Assembly: GCA_963664395.2 (NCBI GenBank)
Contig: OY761159.2
Location: 256,001 to 320,000, forward strand
Origin: Candidatus Binatia bacterium
Lineage (GTDB): Bacteria; Desulfobacterota; Binatia; Bin18
Length of the DNA stretch: 64,000 nt
Reading direction: 5' to 3'
The notes below the pieces were generated by a model. The model was not told the DNA's origin, did not search any database, and worked only from the letters and a program-made list of their open reading frames with translations. Below, piece after piece: positions 19,853 to 30,695 of this stretch. The stretch's first letter is position 1; every line of letters begins with the position of its first letter. The position numbers and the translations under genes are program-made.

Positions 19853-21133
19853 ATGCGGAAGCAACAGTCCAAATCTCTCCAGCAGGCTGAGCGAGGCACG
19901 CCGAGTCGGCGCACGTTTCTGAGAAATGCGGCCTTGGGTGTGGTCGGCGGCGGCGCAGCGCTGGCAGCCGGCTGTGAGTATAAAACCCAACTGTTTCTGT
20001 TGGGCCGGCCCGAAACTGAAGCGGAGGAAAAAAGCCCCGACTGGCAGGAAGCCCGCGTTCGCAGCTATAGACAATTGGGCCGTACGGGAATGGAAATCTC
20101 GGATATCTCATTCGGCTGCTCAGGGCTCGACAACGCGGATGTCGTGCGACGGGCCATTGACCGGGGCATCAATTATTTTGATACCTCGCCGGATTATTCG
20201 CGGGCCGGGTCGGAAAAAACATTAGGCCGGGGCATTCAAGGCTATCAGCGCGATACACTTTTTATCGTCTCCAAGTTCTGCACCACCCAGGGCCATCTGA
20301 GCGATACGACCCCGGTCAAAGATGTCATGGCGGCGGTTGAGGCAAGTCTGCTGAGAATCGGCACGGACTATCTTGATCTGGCTCACATCCATGCCTGCAA
20401 TTCCATCGAGCGTCTCATGAATCCGAACATCCACGAAGCCTTTGATCGACTGAAAGAACAGGGCAAACTGCGCTTTTTAGGCGTCTCTTCACATACCCCG
20501 CGGCTGGAAGAGGTCATGCGCCACGCTGTTGATAGCGACCGTTTTGATGTCATTATGGTCGCCTATAATTTCCGCAATTGGCCTGAGCTGACGAATATTT
20601 TCCGCGCGGCCAAGCAGAAGGGCGTCGGGGTTGTGGCCATGAAGACCCTCAAAGGTGCGCGTCATAGCACGTTGTCAGATTTTACCCCAACAGAGCGTGA
20701 ATCGTTCGCTCAGGCCGCCTTCAAGTGGGTGCTGTCCAATCCTGATGTGAGTGGTCTCGTGGTCACAATCGGCTCCTTCCATCACATCGACGAATACTTG
20801 CACGCCTCCGGGCAGCCGTTTCAGCAGGCCGACCTGGCGTTACTCGAAAAATACGACCGTCTCGTTGCGAACGACTATTGCCCGCCGGGCTGTGGCGAGT
20901 GCTTATCATCCTGTCCGTCCGACGTTCCGGTCGATGATATCCTGCGCTACGCCATGTATTATGAAAACTACGGCCAGCAGCGGGTGGGTATGGAAGAATA
21001 TGCCAGGATTACCCTCGAACAGAACGTCTCCCAGTGCGTCGGCTGCCGTGCTCCGTGCGAAAGCGCGTGTCCGCACGAGATTCCGATCAAATCAAAATTG
21101 CTCCGGGCAGACCGGATGCTCCGACTTGTGTAG
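19853..21133 (+). CDS. Aldo/keto reductase with Tat-like leader and C-terminal Fe-S cysteines
   Basis: SRRTFLR plus LAAGC; [16 protein letters not shown]; CxxxCxxCxxxCP and CxxCxxxCxxxCP. Confidence 0.88.
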   Translation: MRKQQSKSLQQAERGTPSRRTFLRNAALGVVGGGAALAAGCEYKTQLFLLGRPETEAEEKSPDWQEARVRSYRQLGRTGMEISDISFGCSGLDNADVVRRAIDRGINYFDTSPDYSRAGSEKTLGRGIQGYQRDTLFIVSKFCTTQGHLSDTTPVKDVMAAVEASLLRIGTDYLDLAHIHACNSIERLMNPNIHEAFDRLKEQGKLRFLGVSSHTPRLEEVMRHAVDSDRFDVIMVAYNFRNWPELTNIFRAAKQKGVGVVAMKTLKGARHSTLSDFTPTERESFAQAAFKWVLSNPDVSGLVVTIGSFHHIDEYLHASGQPFQQADLALLEKYDRLVANDYCPPGCGECLSSCPSDVPVDDILRYAMYYENYGQQRVGMEEYARITLEQNVSQCVGCRAPCESACPHEIPIKSKLLRADRMLRLV

Positions 21134-21141
21134 GCGAACAT

Positions 21142-21639
21142 ATGAAGAAATTGAGCCATACTGACGCGCAGGGTCGGGCCCGGATGGTTGATGTGGGAGC
21201 GAAATCCGTGACTGAGCGGGAGGCAATCGCGACCGGTCATATCTCTATGCACCCGGATACGCTTCGACTTATTACCACCGGGCAGATACCGAAAGGCGAT
21301 GTGCTCGCTGTCGCTCGCGTCGCGGGCATCATGGCGGCCAAGAAAACGCCGGAACTCATCCCGCTGTGCCACCCGCTTCTCATCTCCTCGGTCCATGTTG
21401 CCTGTACTCCAGACGAAGAAAGGGGCCAAATTGAAATTGAAGCGCGCGTCAAGGTAAGCGGAAAAACCGGGGTGGAAATGGAAGCCCTGACCGCGGTTTC
21501 CGTCGCTGCACTGACTATCTATGACATGTGTAAAGCCGTAGAAAAGGACATGACCATCTCAGACATCAGCCTCAAACACAAAAGTGGTGGAAAAAGCGGT
21601 ACGTACGTAAGAGCAGCCCGCCCACATCGTTCAGCATGA
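21142..21639 (+). CDS. moaC: Cyclic pyranopterin monophosphate synthase
   Basis: [31 protein letters not shown]. Confidence 0.97.
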   Translation: MKKLSHTDAQGRARMVDVGAKSVTEREAIATGHISMHPDTLRLITTGQIPKGDVLAVARVAGIMAAKKTPELIPLCHPLLISSVHVACTPDEERGQIEIEARVKVSGKTGVEMEALTAVSVAALTIYDMCKAVEKDMTISDISLKHKSGGKSGTYVRAARPHRSA

Positions 21640-22856
21640 CCACCGTTGTCGTACACTCCGGTCGGGAAAAACCGATCCAAGCCGGTCACCCCTGGCTCTT
21701 TTCAGGCGCTATTCAGCACATTGAAGGACAGCCCGTCCCAGGGTCTTTGGTTCGGGTCGTTACGGCAGACGCCAAGCCGCTTGGGATTGGCTATATCAAC
21801 CCGCGCTGTTCCATAACAGTCCGGATGCTCACTCGTACAAATGAGTGTGATGAACAGCACATCCCTTTTCTGAATCCGGACCTTGGCCCTGACTGGATTT
21901 TTCGTTTTCTCAAAAAAAGACTCAAAGATGCCTTCAGCCTCAGACAAGCCATTCTGCAACCCGGCACAACGAGCTATCGTCTGATCAACGGCGAGGGTGA
22001 CTTTCTGCCTGGCTGTATCGTTGACGTCTATGGTCCCTACCTTGTGTGTCAGCACCTGACAGCCGGCGCAGAGCTGCTCAAACCTGTTCTTATTCAAGTC
22101 CTTACAGAGATGCTGAAACCTAGGGGCATTTACGAAAAAAGCGCCGGAGGCGTTCGCAAAGAAGAAGGACTCTCAAACACAACAGGGCTATTGTGGGGAG
22201 AAGAACCTTCACCTCTGGTTGAAATTCATCAGAATAGCTGTCGATTTCTCGTTGACATCAGAGGAGGTCAAAAGACCGGGTTTTTCCTTGACCAACGCGA
22301 TAATCGAGCCCTTGTTGCTCACCTCGCTCAAGGCAAAACAGTGTTAAATGGCTTTTCGTATACGGGAGCTTTTGGTGTCGTTGCAGCCAAGTATGGCGCA
22401 CGTCAAGTCACTTCAGTCGATAGCTCGAAGCCAAGTCTTTCCATTGCTCAAAAGAATTTTGATATCAACCATTTATCATCAGAGTCGAATATATTCTTGA
22501 ATGCAGATATGTTCACCTTTCTGCGTGAGCGGAGCGAATCCTTTGATCTCATTATTTTAGACCCCCCTTCTTTTATTCGCCGGCGACACGACAAAAAGGC
22601 TGGAGTCAAAGGCTACCGGGATATTAACGTTCAGGCTCTCCAACGACTCAGACCAGGTGGGCAGATGCTGACCTTCAGTTGCTCCCAGCATCTATCACGG
22701 GAGGACTTTTCCCGGCTCATCCTCTTCGCAGCAGCCGAAAGTGGCCACAAGGTAAGAGTTATTAAACACTTAGGCCAGTCGAATGATCATCCGCTGAATG
22801 CCGTCCATCCGGAAGGGGCATACTTAAAGGGACTCTGGATGCAGGTAGGGGATTGA
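21636..22856 (+). CDS. rlmI: RlmI-like SAM-dependent rRNA methyltransferase
   Basis: PUA-like [27 protein letters not shown]. Confidence 0.88.
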   Translation: MTTVVVHSGREKPIQAGHPWLFSGAIQHIEGQPVPGSLVRVVTADAKPLGIGYINPRCSITVRMLTRTNECDEQHIPFLNPDLGPDWIFRFLKKRLKDAFSLRQAILQPGTTSYRLINGEGDFLPGCIVDVYGPYLVCQHLTAGAELLKPVLIQVLTEMLKPRGIYEKSAGGVRKEEGLSNTTGLLWGEEPSPLVEIHQNSCRFLVDIRGGQKTGFFLDQRDNRALVAHLAQGKTVLNGFSYTGAFGVVAAKYGARQVTSVDSSKPSLSIAQKNFDINHLSSESNIFLNADMFTFLRERSESFDLIILDPPSFIRRRHDKKAGVKGYRDINVQALQRLRPGGQMLTFSCSQHLSREDFSRLILFAAAESGHKVRVIKHLGQSNDHPLNAVHPEGAYLKGLWMQVGD

Positions 22857-22966
22857 ATTATATCAGAAAAAATGAGAACCTTGTGCGCCCGATGATCTTC
22901 CAGGTTGGTTCCTGCACAGCATTTTTCGTATTTCGTTCGTAATACAAATTTGAGAGGAAAGCCACT

Positions 22967-23614
22967 ATGAAGAGCCGTACGTCTGAAAAGCCTACCACAA
23001 AAAGTACGACGTCGGCAAAATCCGCAAAAAAACCGGTGAAAAAGTCAATCAGAGCCTCTGCCAAAAAAACAGTATCCAAAAAAGCAGCGACGAATACGGT
23101 GACAAAAAGGGAACCGCCAACCAAAGCGGTCGCAAAGAGACTTCCGATAGAGTCTGCTGGGGTAGAAACCGCGCCGCCCCCTCCCCAACCAGAACCTGTC
23201 GCTCCTCCAGCTACCCCTCCCCAAGCTTCTGACCAAGCTCCTCCCCAAGCTTCTGACCAAGCTCCTGACCAGGTATTAGAACAGGAAGCGTCGCCTGCCT
23301 CAACGCCACCTGTTTTTGTCAAGCGAGACCTTACCGGACCAGATGGGAGCACACGTCCCGGCTGGGAAATGTGGATCGGTGACCATTGTTTTGGGCGTGC
23401 AGATAGTAAAGACCTGCTGCTTGCAAGCTTTGAGCGTCTCCAGAGTCCGCCGAGTAGCTTTCACTGGCGTGAAGTCCGCAATCGTATGCCGATGCGTGGT
23501 CGCGCAAAGCGTCCCTCCGTCCCCCCGCCCCCGGCTACTGGACAAGTGGCAGAGAACGATGGGGAGCTGCTGGATGAACTGAGCGACGTTGCGGAAACAC
23601 CGGAAGTTTCTTAA
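22967..23614 (+). CDS. Hypothetical protein with Lys/Ala/Ser-rich N-terminus and Pro-rich linker
   Basis: GAGG RBS; low-complexity basic N-terminus; 24-bp in-frame duplication (PPQASDQA x2). Confidence 0.7.
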   Translation: MKSRTSEKPTTKSTTSAKSAKKPVKKSIRASAKKTVSKKAATNTVTKREPPTKAVAKRLPIESAGVETAPPPPQPEPVAPPATPPQASDQAPPQASDQAPDQVLEQEASPASTPPVFVKRDLTGPDGSTRPGWEMWIGDHCFGRADSKDLLLASFERLQSPPSSFHWREVRNRMPMRGRAKRPSVPPPPATGQVAENDGELLDELSDVAETPEVS

Positions 23615-23704
23615 TACTGGCGCTTCAGCCCACTCGACAAGAAGGAAAATTGGCAAGAAAGCTGAGAAGAGCAGAGTGCTGTCTCTGCTCTTCTCCTACA
23701 CTGC

Positions 23705-24025
23705 CTACCCTTGGGATAACGTCTTCAAATCTTCAGCCCAGTTTTCGTACGGGCGCAGGGGAATGACTTCAACGTCTGAAACAATATGCGCATAGCCAAG
23801 CTGCCAGATAGGCAGACTATTGACCGCCCCGTCAAGCATATCGCCTGACTCCACATCCATGACAACCACCACCTCCGGTTTTCCCGCAACCTTCCAAATA
23901 CCTTTTATAACGCCGGCCTCCTTCGCCCCTAAGGCAGCTTCGGACTCTTTCCGCCAGACCGTATAAAAGTCTTTGTTTGACATATCAGCGGGTTTGTTAA
24001 TCCTCGCTTTGAGCATGATAAGCAT
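23705..24025 (-). CDS. Muconolactone delta-isomerase-like protein
   Basis: IWKVAGKPEVVVVMDVES..LP..VEVIPL; AGGAG RBS. Confidence 0.7.
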   Translation of the reverse strand: MLIMLKARINKPADMSNKDFYTVWRKESEAALGAKEAGVIKGIWKVAGKPEVVVVMDVESGDMLDGAVNSLPIWQLGYAHIVSDVEVIPLRPYENWAEDLKTLSQG

Positions 24026-24182
24026 GACTTTCTCCTTTCTGTGCTTTGAATGATTGACACGACCTATAGCCGACCTACGCCTCATTCGTCAAATATATCT
24101 CACACATACATCCATACATCTTCGGATGAGCCCATATTTTCTGCCAGCGCTGGACAAAATGACAGAATAAGATTAGACCTTA

Positions 24183-25979
24183 TTGCCTATGGTAACAATG
24201 TCCAGTGCATTCTGGGCAGCGCCCCTACAAGGGACAGCGCACCCAGCTCCAAGCGAGAAAATGCTGGCACGGCTGCGCTGGCTCGCATTAGGAGCCTGGG
24301 CAGGATTTTTATGGTTTAATCCGCCTGCCCTCTCCCAACCCTTCACTCAATACTGCCTTGTTGCCGGCATCCTGTATTGTCTCTTAGGTCAATATTTTGC
24401 CTACCGTCACTATAAAGGGGCCCCCCTGACCTTTCCCATTGGTTTGAGCGACGTGGTCTTTGTCGCTGCGCTGTGCGGAGTCAGCGGCGGTCTTTTTAGC
24501 CCGATGTACATCTATTTTTATGGACTCACCCTGATCGCTACGCTCCGTTTTAGCTGGCAGGCAGGCTTTGGTATTGCACTCACTGCCGGTATAGCGTCAG
24601 GTCTTCTGCTCCTCCTTGTCCCGCCGCCATCCGCCTCAATCCCGGAACTCTATTCAAGCCTCGCCTTTCGCCTTACCCTGCTTGTTGGCATTGCCGGCTT
24701 AGCCGGTCTTTTTTCTACACCGCCCCTCCCGCAGCTCAACGTTCCGAAAGCGGTTCCAGAACACCCTCACACCAATCGACCCGATACCCTCCGAGAGAAA
24801 CCGGCCATATTGGAAATTGACCCGCTGCTCCAACAGCTCGTTGATGACGTATTGCGGCGTATTCCATGCCAAGGTGCATGTGTTGTCCTCCTCGACCCGG
24901 ACACCCAAGCGTGTGTCAACGTCAAAACTGCCGGGTCTTTTCCCATGCTTGCACCGTCCACGTGGGAGCAGTCCCTTGCTGAAGGAGGCGACCTGCGGGC
25001 GGCACTCGCCCTTGGCTTGGTTGCCCTCAATACCTCACAGGATATCCATACCCGTTTAGCAGCCCTGTCTGAAAAAAACCTGGCTCAGCGTCATCTCCTC
25101 ATCCATCCGCTTGGCGATACCGCATTGCGCGGCTGTCTTCTCTTGTCTGATAGAAATAACCGTGATGGATTTCGCCCCCAAGACAGCCAGGTCCTCGCGG
25201 ACATTGCTCAGTATGCTGTCCCTGCCGTGCAGAATGCGCTCGCCTTCGCCGAGGCCCAACGGGCGACTACCGAGCTGCGCAGTCTCCTCCACGCCGTGCT
25301 CAACGCCCAAGAGGAAGAACGCCAGCGCGTTGTCAGCGAATGGCACAATCAGTTGGGAGAAAAGCTCTTTCGCGTACTCCAAGACTTCCGTGGTTTTCAG
25401 GAATTCGTCTTGCAGCACGCCCCAGAGGGTCGTGAACGCTCTACCAAGCTGGCAGCTGAACTTGATACGATTGCCGCGCTCGTCCGTCAGTTTGCCGATG
25501 ATCTGCTGCCACCGATTCTCGAAGACTTTGGCCTTGTTCAGGCCCTGCGGGCCTATGTAACCGGCCTTCAGGAGCACGAGCCCTTTGAGGTTGTCATGCA
25601 AACGGATGACGGGGGCCGGCCCCTGCCCATACAAACCAGCCGCAAGCTCTTTCGCATCACCCAAGAGGCCCTCCACAATGTACAGCGGCATGCCAAGGCA
25701 AACCATGTTCAGATTGCCTTGACCTTTGAGCAGAAGGGGGTGTCACTCATGATTAAAGATGACGGTCAGGGTTTCCAGCCGGAGCAGTTCACTCCCCCCG
25801 GCCATTACGGCCTGCTCTACATGCGGGAGCAGGCCGTCTCCTGTGGCGGACGTTTCTCAGTGCAAAGTGAGCAGGGACACGGAACAGAGGTGCGCGTAGA
25901 ACTCCCTCTCGATGAAACCCCTCGCCCTACACCTCCGGCAAGCGAAGCTGGCTCCCTGCTATCCGCACGCCTGTCATAG
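24183..25979 (+). CDS. Membrane GAF + HisKA_3 sensor histidine kinase
   Basis: TM helices; QEEERQRVVSEWH; QEALHNVQRHA, DDGQGF, GHYGL, GTEV. Confidence 0.88.
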   Translation: MPMVTMSSAFWAAPLQGTAHPAPSEKMLARLRWLALGAWAGFLWFNPPALSQPFTQYCLVAGILYCLLGQYFAYRHYKGAPLTFPIGLSDVVFVAALCGVSGGLFSPMYIYFYGLTLIATLRFSWQAGFGIALTAGIASGLLLLLVPPPSASIPELYSSLAFRLTLLVGIAGLAGLFSTPPLPQLNVPKAVPEHPHTNRPDTLREKPAILEIDPLLQQLVDDVLRRIPCQGACVVLLDPDTQACVNVKTAGSFPMLAPSTWEQSLAEGGDLRAALALGLVALNTSQDIHTRLAALSEKNLAQRHLLIHPLGDTALRGCLLLSDRNNRDGFRPQDSQVLADIAQYAVPAVQNALAFAEAQRATTELRSLLHAVLNAQEEERQRVVSEWHNQLGEKLFRVLQDFRGFQEFVLQHAPEGRERSTKLAAELDTIAALVRQFADDLLPPILEDFGLVQALRAYVTGLQEHEPFEVVMQTDDGGRPLPIQTSRKLFRITQEALHNVQRHAKANHVQIALTFEQKGVSLMIKDDGQGFQPEQFTPPGHYGLLYMREQAVSCGGRFSVQSEQGHGTEVRVELPLDETPRPTPPASEAGSLLSARLS

Positions 25980-26047
25980 TCGCACGCTACTACTTCGGCA
26001 TGATGCTTCCGGCTGTTGCCGTCTGGAATATATAAGGAGACCGTCAC

Positions 26048-27178
26048 ATGAAGTTTCACCTTTTCATCTATGCCACCTTAGGCCGGCGTCGAGAGCTCGA
26101 AGCCGGGATGGCCGGAAAACGGCCTGAACTCTACCAACGCATGCTCGATGAAGTGGCAGAGTATGTCCAGTTTGCGGACGAGGTTGGCTACGCCGGCTTT
26201 GGGCATCCCGAACATCATCTGCAAATCGAAGGCTTTGAAGCCAGTAACGAGCCGGGCTTGTTGTCCATGTGGATTGGCCAGCATAGCAAAAAACTCAGAG
26301 TGAATATGGTTGGCTGGGTTGCGCCGACGCACAATCCTGTCCGCACGGCAGAGTATATTGCGACCCTTGACCACATGCTCAAAGGCCGCTTGGCAGTCGG
26401 CATGGTGCGGGGCTACCAGGCGCGTTGGGTGCATAATTTTCGTATCCGTCCCGACCTGAACGCGGTGGGCGACTGGAACCGCAATTCAGAAGACGACAAT
26501 ATGAACCGCGAATATTTTCGTGAGTTCGTCGAAGTTGTTCTCACAGCGTTGAAAGAAGATACCTTTAGCTACAAGGGCAAATACTGGACCATTCCACCTG
26601 AAGACTTTATCAATCCGCACCGGCAAGAGGTGTATACCAAGTATGGCACGGGCGTAGATGAGGATATGCACATTCGCGAGATCGGTATTGCGCCTAAACC
26701 GTATCAAGACCCGCATCCGCCAATCTACGGCGGTTTCACCCATAGTATGCGCACCGCACTCTTCTGGGCGCGCTACGGAGGCAAGCCCATTGTCCTGGCC
26801 TCAGACCTCGATTTTTGTCAACGGCTGTGGTCCGGCTATCACGAGGAGGCGCTGAAACACGGTCATGATATTCAGCCCGGAGACGAGGCGGCGTGGGGCG
26901 GCGCACTGATCTGCCATCAAAATAAATCAACCGCGCAAGAATGGCTGACTGATCCAATGTGGATGTGGGACACCTGGTTTACACCGTTTGGCCAAGGACA
27001 TCCCGAGTTATTGGTTGGCGACCCGGATACTATTTCTCGCCGTATTGAAGAAGCCAGCAAGAAGTTCCCCATCAAAGAATGTTTTCTCCTCATCCCGCAA
27101 GGGATTCATGAGCGTGAACAGATACTCAGTTCGCTTGACCTGTTCGCGCACAAGGTCATGCCACGCTTCGCCGATTAG
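26048..27178 (+). CDS. LLM-class flavin-dependent oxidoreductase
   Basis: PEHH, TLDHMLKGR, PKPYQDPHPP. Confidence 0.9.
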   Translation: MKFHLFIYATLGRRRELEAGMAGKRPELYQRMLDEVAEYVQFADEVGYAGFGHPEHHLQIEGFEASNEPGLLSMWIGQHSKKLRVNMVGWVAPTHNPVRTAEYIATLDHMLKGRLAVGMVRGYQARWVHNFRIRPDLNAVGDWNRNSEDDNMNREYFREFVEVVLTALKEDTFSYKGKYWTIPPEDFINPHRQEVYTKYGTGVDEDMHIREIGIAPKPYQDPHPPIYGGFTHSMRTALFWARYGGKPIVLASDLDFCQRLWSGYHEEALKHGHDIQPGDEAAWGGALICHQNKSTAQEWLTDPMWMWDTWFTPFGQGHPELLVGDPDTISRRIEEASKKFPIKECFLLIPQGIHEREQILSSLDLFAHKVMPRFAD

Positions 27179-27198
27179 ACTGGCCTCATTAGTTCCCT

Positions 27199-29250
27199 AT
27201 GAATACGACCGTAGGCATCGATATTGGTGGGACGTTCACCGACGTCCTGGTCCAGAGCGAAAACGGCCAGGTCTTCCACAAGAAGCTTCCGTCCTGTCCC
27301 GCTCCGTCCGATAGTTTTCAAGCGGCTTTTTCCGTACTGCTTAATAAGAATCTTCAGAACCTGCACCCCAACACGCTCCGGTACAGCACCACGGTTGCCA
27401 CCAACGCGTTACTACAAAACACACTCCCGCGTATCGGTCTGCTCATCACCGCCGGCTTCCGCCATATTTTGGAGTTGAACCGGCCCCAGAGAGATGAAGG
27501 CCCATCTCAGGCCATACCATCTCGACCGGTCGTGCCGCTCGAGTGCATCCGAGAGGTGACCGAACGTCTCGATGCGCAGGGGCGCGTGCAAATACGTATT
27601 GCGGCAGAAGAGATGCACGCCATAGTGGCCTGGTGTCGCGCGCAAAACCTGAAGACCATTGCCGTCTCGCTCTTACACAGCTATCGCAACCCTGAGCCAG
27701 AGAGGCGTCTGAAAGAGCTGCTCAGCGCGGCAGAGCCCTCCCTGCACGTGATTCTCTCATCCGATGTCCTACCCGAACCGCGTGAATATGAACGCACCGT
27801 GGCCACCTGTCTGAACGCGGCCCTCCAGTCCCTGATGGGAACGCATCTCAATCGGGTCAGGCACTGTATGCAGGAGAGTGGTATTCCCCACCTGCCCCTG
27901 ATCATGCAATCGTCCGGCGGGCTGCAAAACGGAGAGAGTGTCAGCCAGCGTCCCTTGGCAACCGTCTTCTCGGGGCCAAGTGCGGCGGCAGTCGGTATGG
28001 CCCGGGTCGGAACCGCAAGTGGATTTACCAACTTTGCCAACTTGATTACGTTTGACATGGGCGGCACCTCAACCGATATCACCCTCATCCAAGATGGACA
28101 GCCTCTTCTCACCACGCACGGCCAAGTCGGCGGGTATCCGCTCCGAACGCCCACGGTCGATATCACCTCCATTGGTGCCGGCGGTGGTTCCATTGCCCAG
28201 GTTGGCCCGGACACCCGTTGGCACGTCGGTCCACTCAGCGCCGGCGCAGACCCAGGGCCGGCCTGTTATGGCAAAGGCGGTAGGGCGGCGACGGTCACCG
28301 ACGCCAATCTTGTCCTTCAGCGTCTCCCCACCTCTCTGCTTGATGGAGAGATTCCTCTTTCCAGGGCAGCGGCGCAGAAAGCACTCTTTGCATTCGGACA
28401 GCCACGCCACAAAAGCGCAGCAGAAACAGCCCAAGACATCCTCCAATTGATGAACCACACCATGTGTGGAGCCATCCGGCGCGTGTGTACTCAGCGCAGC
28501 CTCGACCCTCGGGAGTCGGTCTTAATGGCCGCCGGCGGAGCCGGTCCGTTACACGCTGCCGACCTTGCCGCGCTGCTCGGAATACCAACCGTCGTGATTC
28601 CGGCATATCCGGGCTTTGCCGCTTCCTCAGGTCTATTATGCGCCGATATCCGGGAAGACTTTGCCGCTCCCTACCCTCATAAGGCATCCTCGCTTGATCC
28701 GAATCGGCTTACGCAAATTTTTACGGACCTCGAACAACAGGCCCAGGCAGTCTTTACCCGGAAACAGCTCCCTGAGACAACCAGACAATGCATCCGGTCG
28801 GCGGATTTTCACTATGTCGATATGTCAACCCATCTCTCTATCGACCTGCCTCAAGGCAGGCTCACGAGCGACATACTCGACCACGCCGTTACCCGATTTC
28901 ATCAAAAGCACGAGCACGTCTGTGGCTTTTCATTTCAAGACCGAAAAGAAGTCCGCCTGTCTACCCTGCGCCTGACTGCCCTTGCAGCGCTGCCAAAACC
29001 GTCGCTGCCCACGCTTGCTGAACAGACCGGCCCTCTTCAGCCGCTAGACACGCGGCCGGTCTTCTTTTTTGAAGCGCACGGATTTGTTCCCTGTCCGGTC
29101 TATACTCGGGCGCGCTTGGGGGCAGGGGCTTCTCTCACCGGTCCTGCCATTGTTGAACAGTATGATTCCACGACCCTCATTCCGCCGCATTGTCAGGCCA
29201 GTGTAGACAGGTATGGCAATCTTATTTTGAAGCGCGCCGTTTCCCGATAG
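27199..29250 (+). CDS. Hydantoinase/oxoprolinase A subunit
   Basis: GIDIGGTFTD, DMGGTSTD, GAGGGS, SAGADPGPACY. Confidence 0.92.
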   Translation: MNTTVGIDIGGTFTDVLVQSENGQVFHKKLPSCPAPSDSFQAAFSVLLNKNLQNLHPNTLRYSTTVATNALLQNTLPRIGLLITAGFRHILELNRPQRDEGPSQAIPSRPVVPLECIREVTERLDAQGRVQIRIAAEEMHAIVAWCRAQNLKTIAVSLLHSYRNPEPERRLKELLSAAEPSLHVILSSDVLPEPREYERTVATCLNAALQSLMGTHLNRVRHCMQESGIPHLPLIMQSSGGLQNGESVSQRPLATVFSGPSAAAVGMARVGTASGFTNFANLITFDMGGTSTDITLIQDGQPLLTTHGQVGGYPLRTPTVDITSIGAGGGSIAQVGPDTRWHVGPLSAGADPGPACYGKGGRAATVTDANLVLQRLPTSLLDGEIPLSRAAAQKALFAFGQPRHKSAAETAQDILQLMNHTMCGAIRRVCTQRSLDPRESVLMAAGGAGPLHAADLAALLGIPTVVIPAYPGFAASSGLLCADIREDFAAPYPHKASSLDPNRLTQIFTDLEQQAQAVFTRKQLPETTRQCIRSADFHYVDMSTHLSIDLPQGRLTSDILDHAVTRFHQKHEHVCGFSFQDRKEVRLSTLRLTALAALPKPSLPTLAEQTGPLQPLDTRPVFFFEAHGFVPCPVYTRARLGAGASLTGPAIVEQYDSTTLIPPHCQASVDRYGNLILKRAVSR

Positions 29251-29257
29251 ACTGCAC

Positions 29258-30616
29258 ATGTCCTTCCAAGCGCGCCTCACTGCACTGGCCAGCCGCCGAG
29301 CCCAACTCGTCTGGCATCTATGCGTCAACCTCTTTCTGCTCTTGGCAGCATGTGCCATGTGGCTATGGGTCACCTGGCGGGCAGTGTATTTGATTGCCAT
29401 GGTTCCGATTGCCATCATGCCCTTCTCGTATGCCAGGCAACGCCTGCATACCCACTGCTTCAATCTGCTTGGAGCTGCTTCCCTGCCTCTGGCGCTCTTC
29501 AGCCTGGTCGGAATGATTTTCGATGCCATTATGGCGGCCCAGATCCTGACTGCCCGTTCTGGCAGTCCGCTGCCGGTTCTGCACGCTCCCGGCATCTCAT
29601 GGATCGGCGCTCTTTGGTATAGCACCTATGGCATCCTCGTGTTTGGCTATGTCGGTCTTGACACTATCCGCGGGCTGACCCAATTGGCGAAGCGCGGGAG
29701 AGAATGGTGCAGACGGCGACAGTTCCGGCACGCCCAACACGATAGCCCGCCCTCCCCCGAACGGCGGCAATTCATTCAACAGCTCGGACTCGTTGGTGCC
29801 GGAGCACCGTTTTTCTTTTCTCTTTCGAGCGTCAAACTCACCTATGATTTTCAGGTCGAGGAACGAGACCTCAGCCTGCCCGCCTGGCCCACAGCGCTCG
29901 ACGGACTCCGGGTCGCCCATTTGTCAGACATCCACGTTGGCGGGGCAATGGACCGCCCCAAGCTGCTGCACGTTGCCGCACTGACGAATGCAGCCAAACC
30001 TGACATCGTGCTGCATACCGGAGACTTTCTGACACATCGGACCGGCGATTTTGACCTGCCCCTGTACGAAGCGCTGGCCCGGATCAAAGCGCCGTATGGC
30101 CAGTGGGCATGTTTAGGCAACCATGACTTCGATGCCCCCCAACGCCTCATGCGTTATTTGCACCAGTCCGGCGTTGCGACTTTACGCAATCGCGTTGTGA
30201 CGCTCTCGGTCGATGGACAGCCCCTGGAGCTGGCCGGCATGGATTTCCTCTTCCAGCGCTCTGATCGCGCCGGGCTCTACAACCGCATCATCAGCTCCTG
30301 GGGTCCACGTCAGCCTGTTCCGCGTATTCTGCTCAACCACGACCCGCGCGCCTTTGCCGCACTGCCGACACGCTGCGCCGACCTGGTTTTGTCCGGCCAC
30401 ACGCATGGCGGGCACGCAGGGATTCAGTTTGACAAAGATCACGCGCTGAGTATTGTCGGCCTGCTGGGTATTCCCGACCAGGGCCTCTATCATCGCAAAG
30501 ACATGCAGATGTTTGTCACTCGGTGTGTGGGCTTCTATGGCTATCCCATGCGGCTGGGGATTCCGCCGGAGATCTCGATTCTGACGCTCCGTTCTCCCGG
30601 TTCAGTCTCTGTGTAG
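29258..30616 (+). CDS. Membrane-anchored metallophosphoesterase (YkuE-like)
   Basis: N-terminal TMs; SDIH, TGD, GNHD, GHTHGG. Confidence 0.88.
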   Translation: MSFQARLTALASRRAQLVWHLCVNLFLLLAACAMWLWVTWRAVYLIAMVPIAIMPFSYARQRLHTHCFNLLGAASLPLALFSLVGMIFDAIMAAQILTARSGSPLPVLHAPGISWIGALWYSTYGILVFGYVGLDTIRGLTQLAKRGREWCRRRQFRHAQHDSPPSPERRQFIQQLGLVGAGAPFFFSLSSVKLTYDFQVEERDLSLPAWPTALDGLRVAHLSDIHVGGAMDRPKLLHVAALTNAAKPDIVLHTGDFLTHRTGDFDLPLYEALARIKAPYGQWACLGNHDFDAPQRLMRYLHQSGVATLRNRVVTLSVDGQPLELAGMDFLFQRSDRAGLYNRIISSWGPRQPVPRILLNHDPRAFAALPTRCADLVLSGHTHGGHAGIQFDKDHALSIVGLLGIPDQGLYHRKDMQMFVTRCVGFYGYPMRLGIPPEISILTLRSPGSVSV

Positions 30617-30695
30617 CGACATTGTTGCCGAATCCGGTTTCATTCTGTAGACAGGGCCGGCCAAGCGCCATACACTAGCCTGGAGGAGGGGCAGC

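Noticed and set aside
29755-29800. Internal twin-arginine (ERRQFI) in the phosphoesterase
   Set aside because: This is a common feature of membrane YkuE-like phosphoesterases and is not novel.
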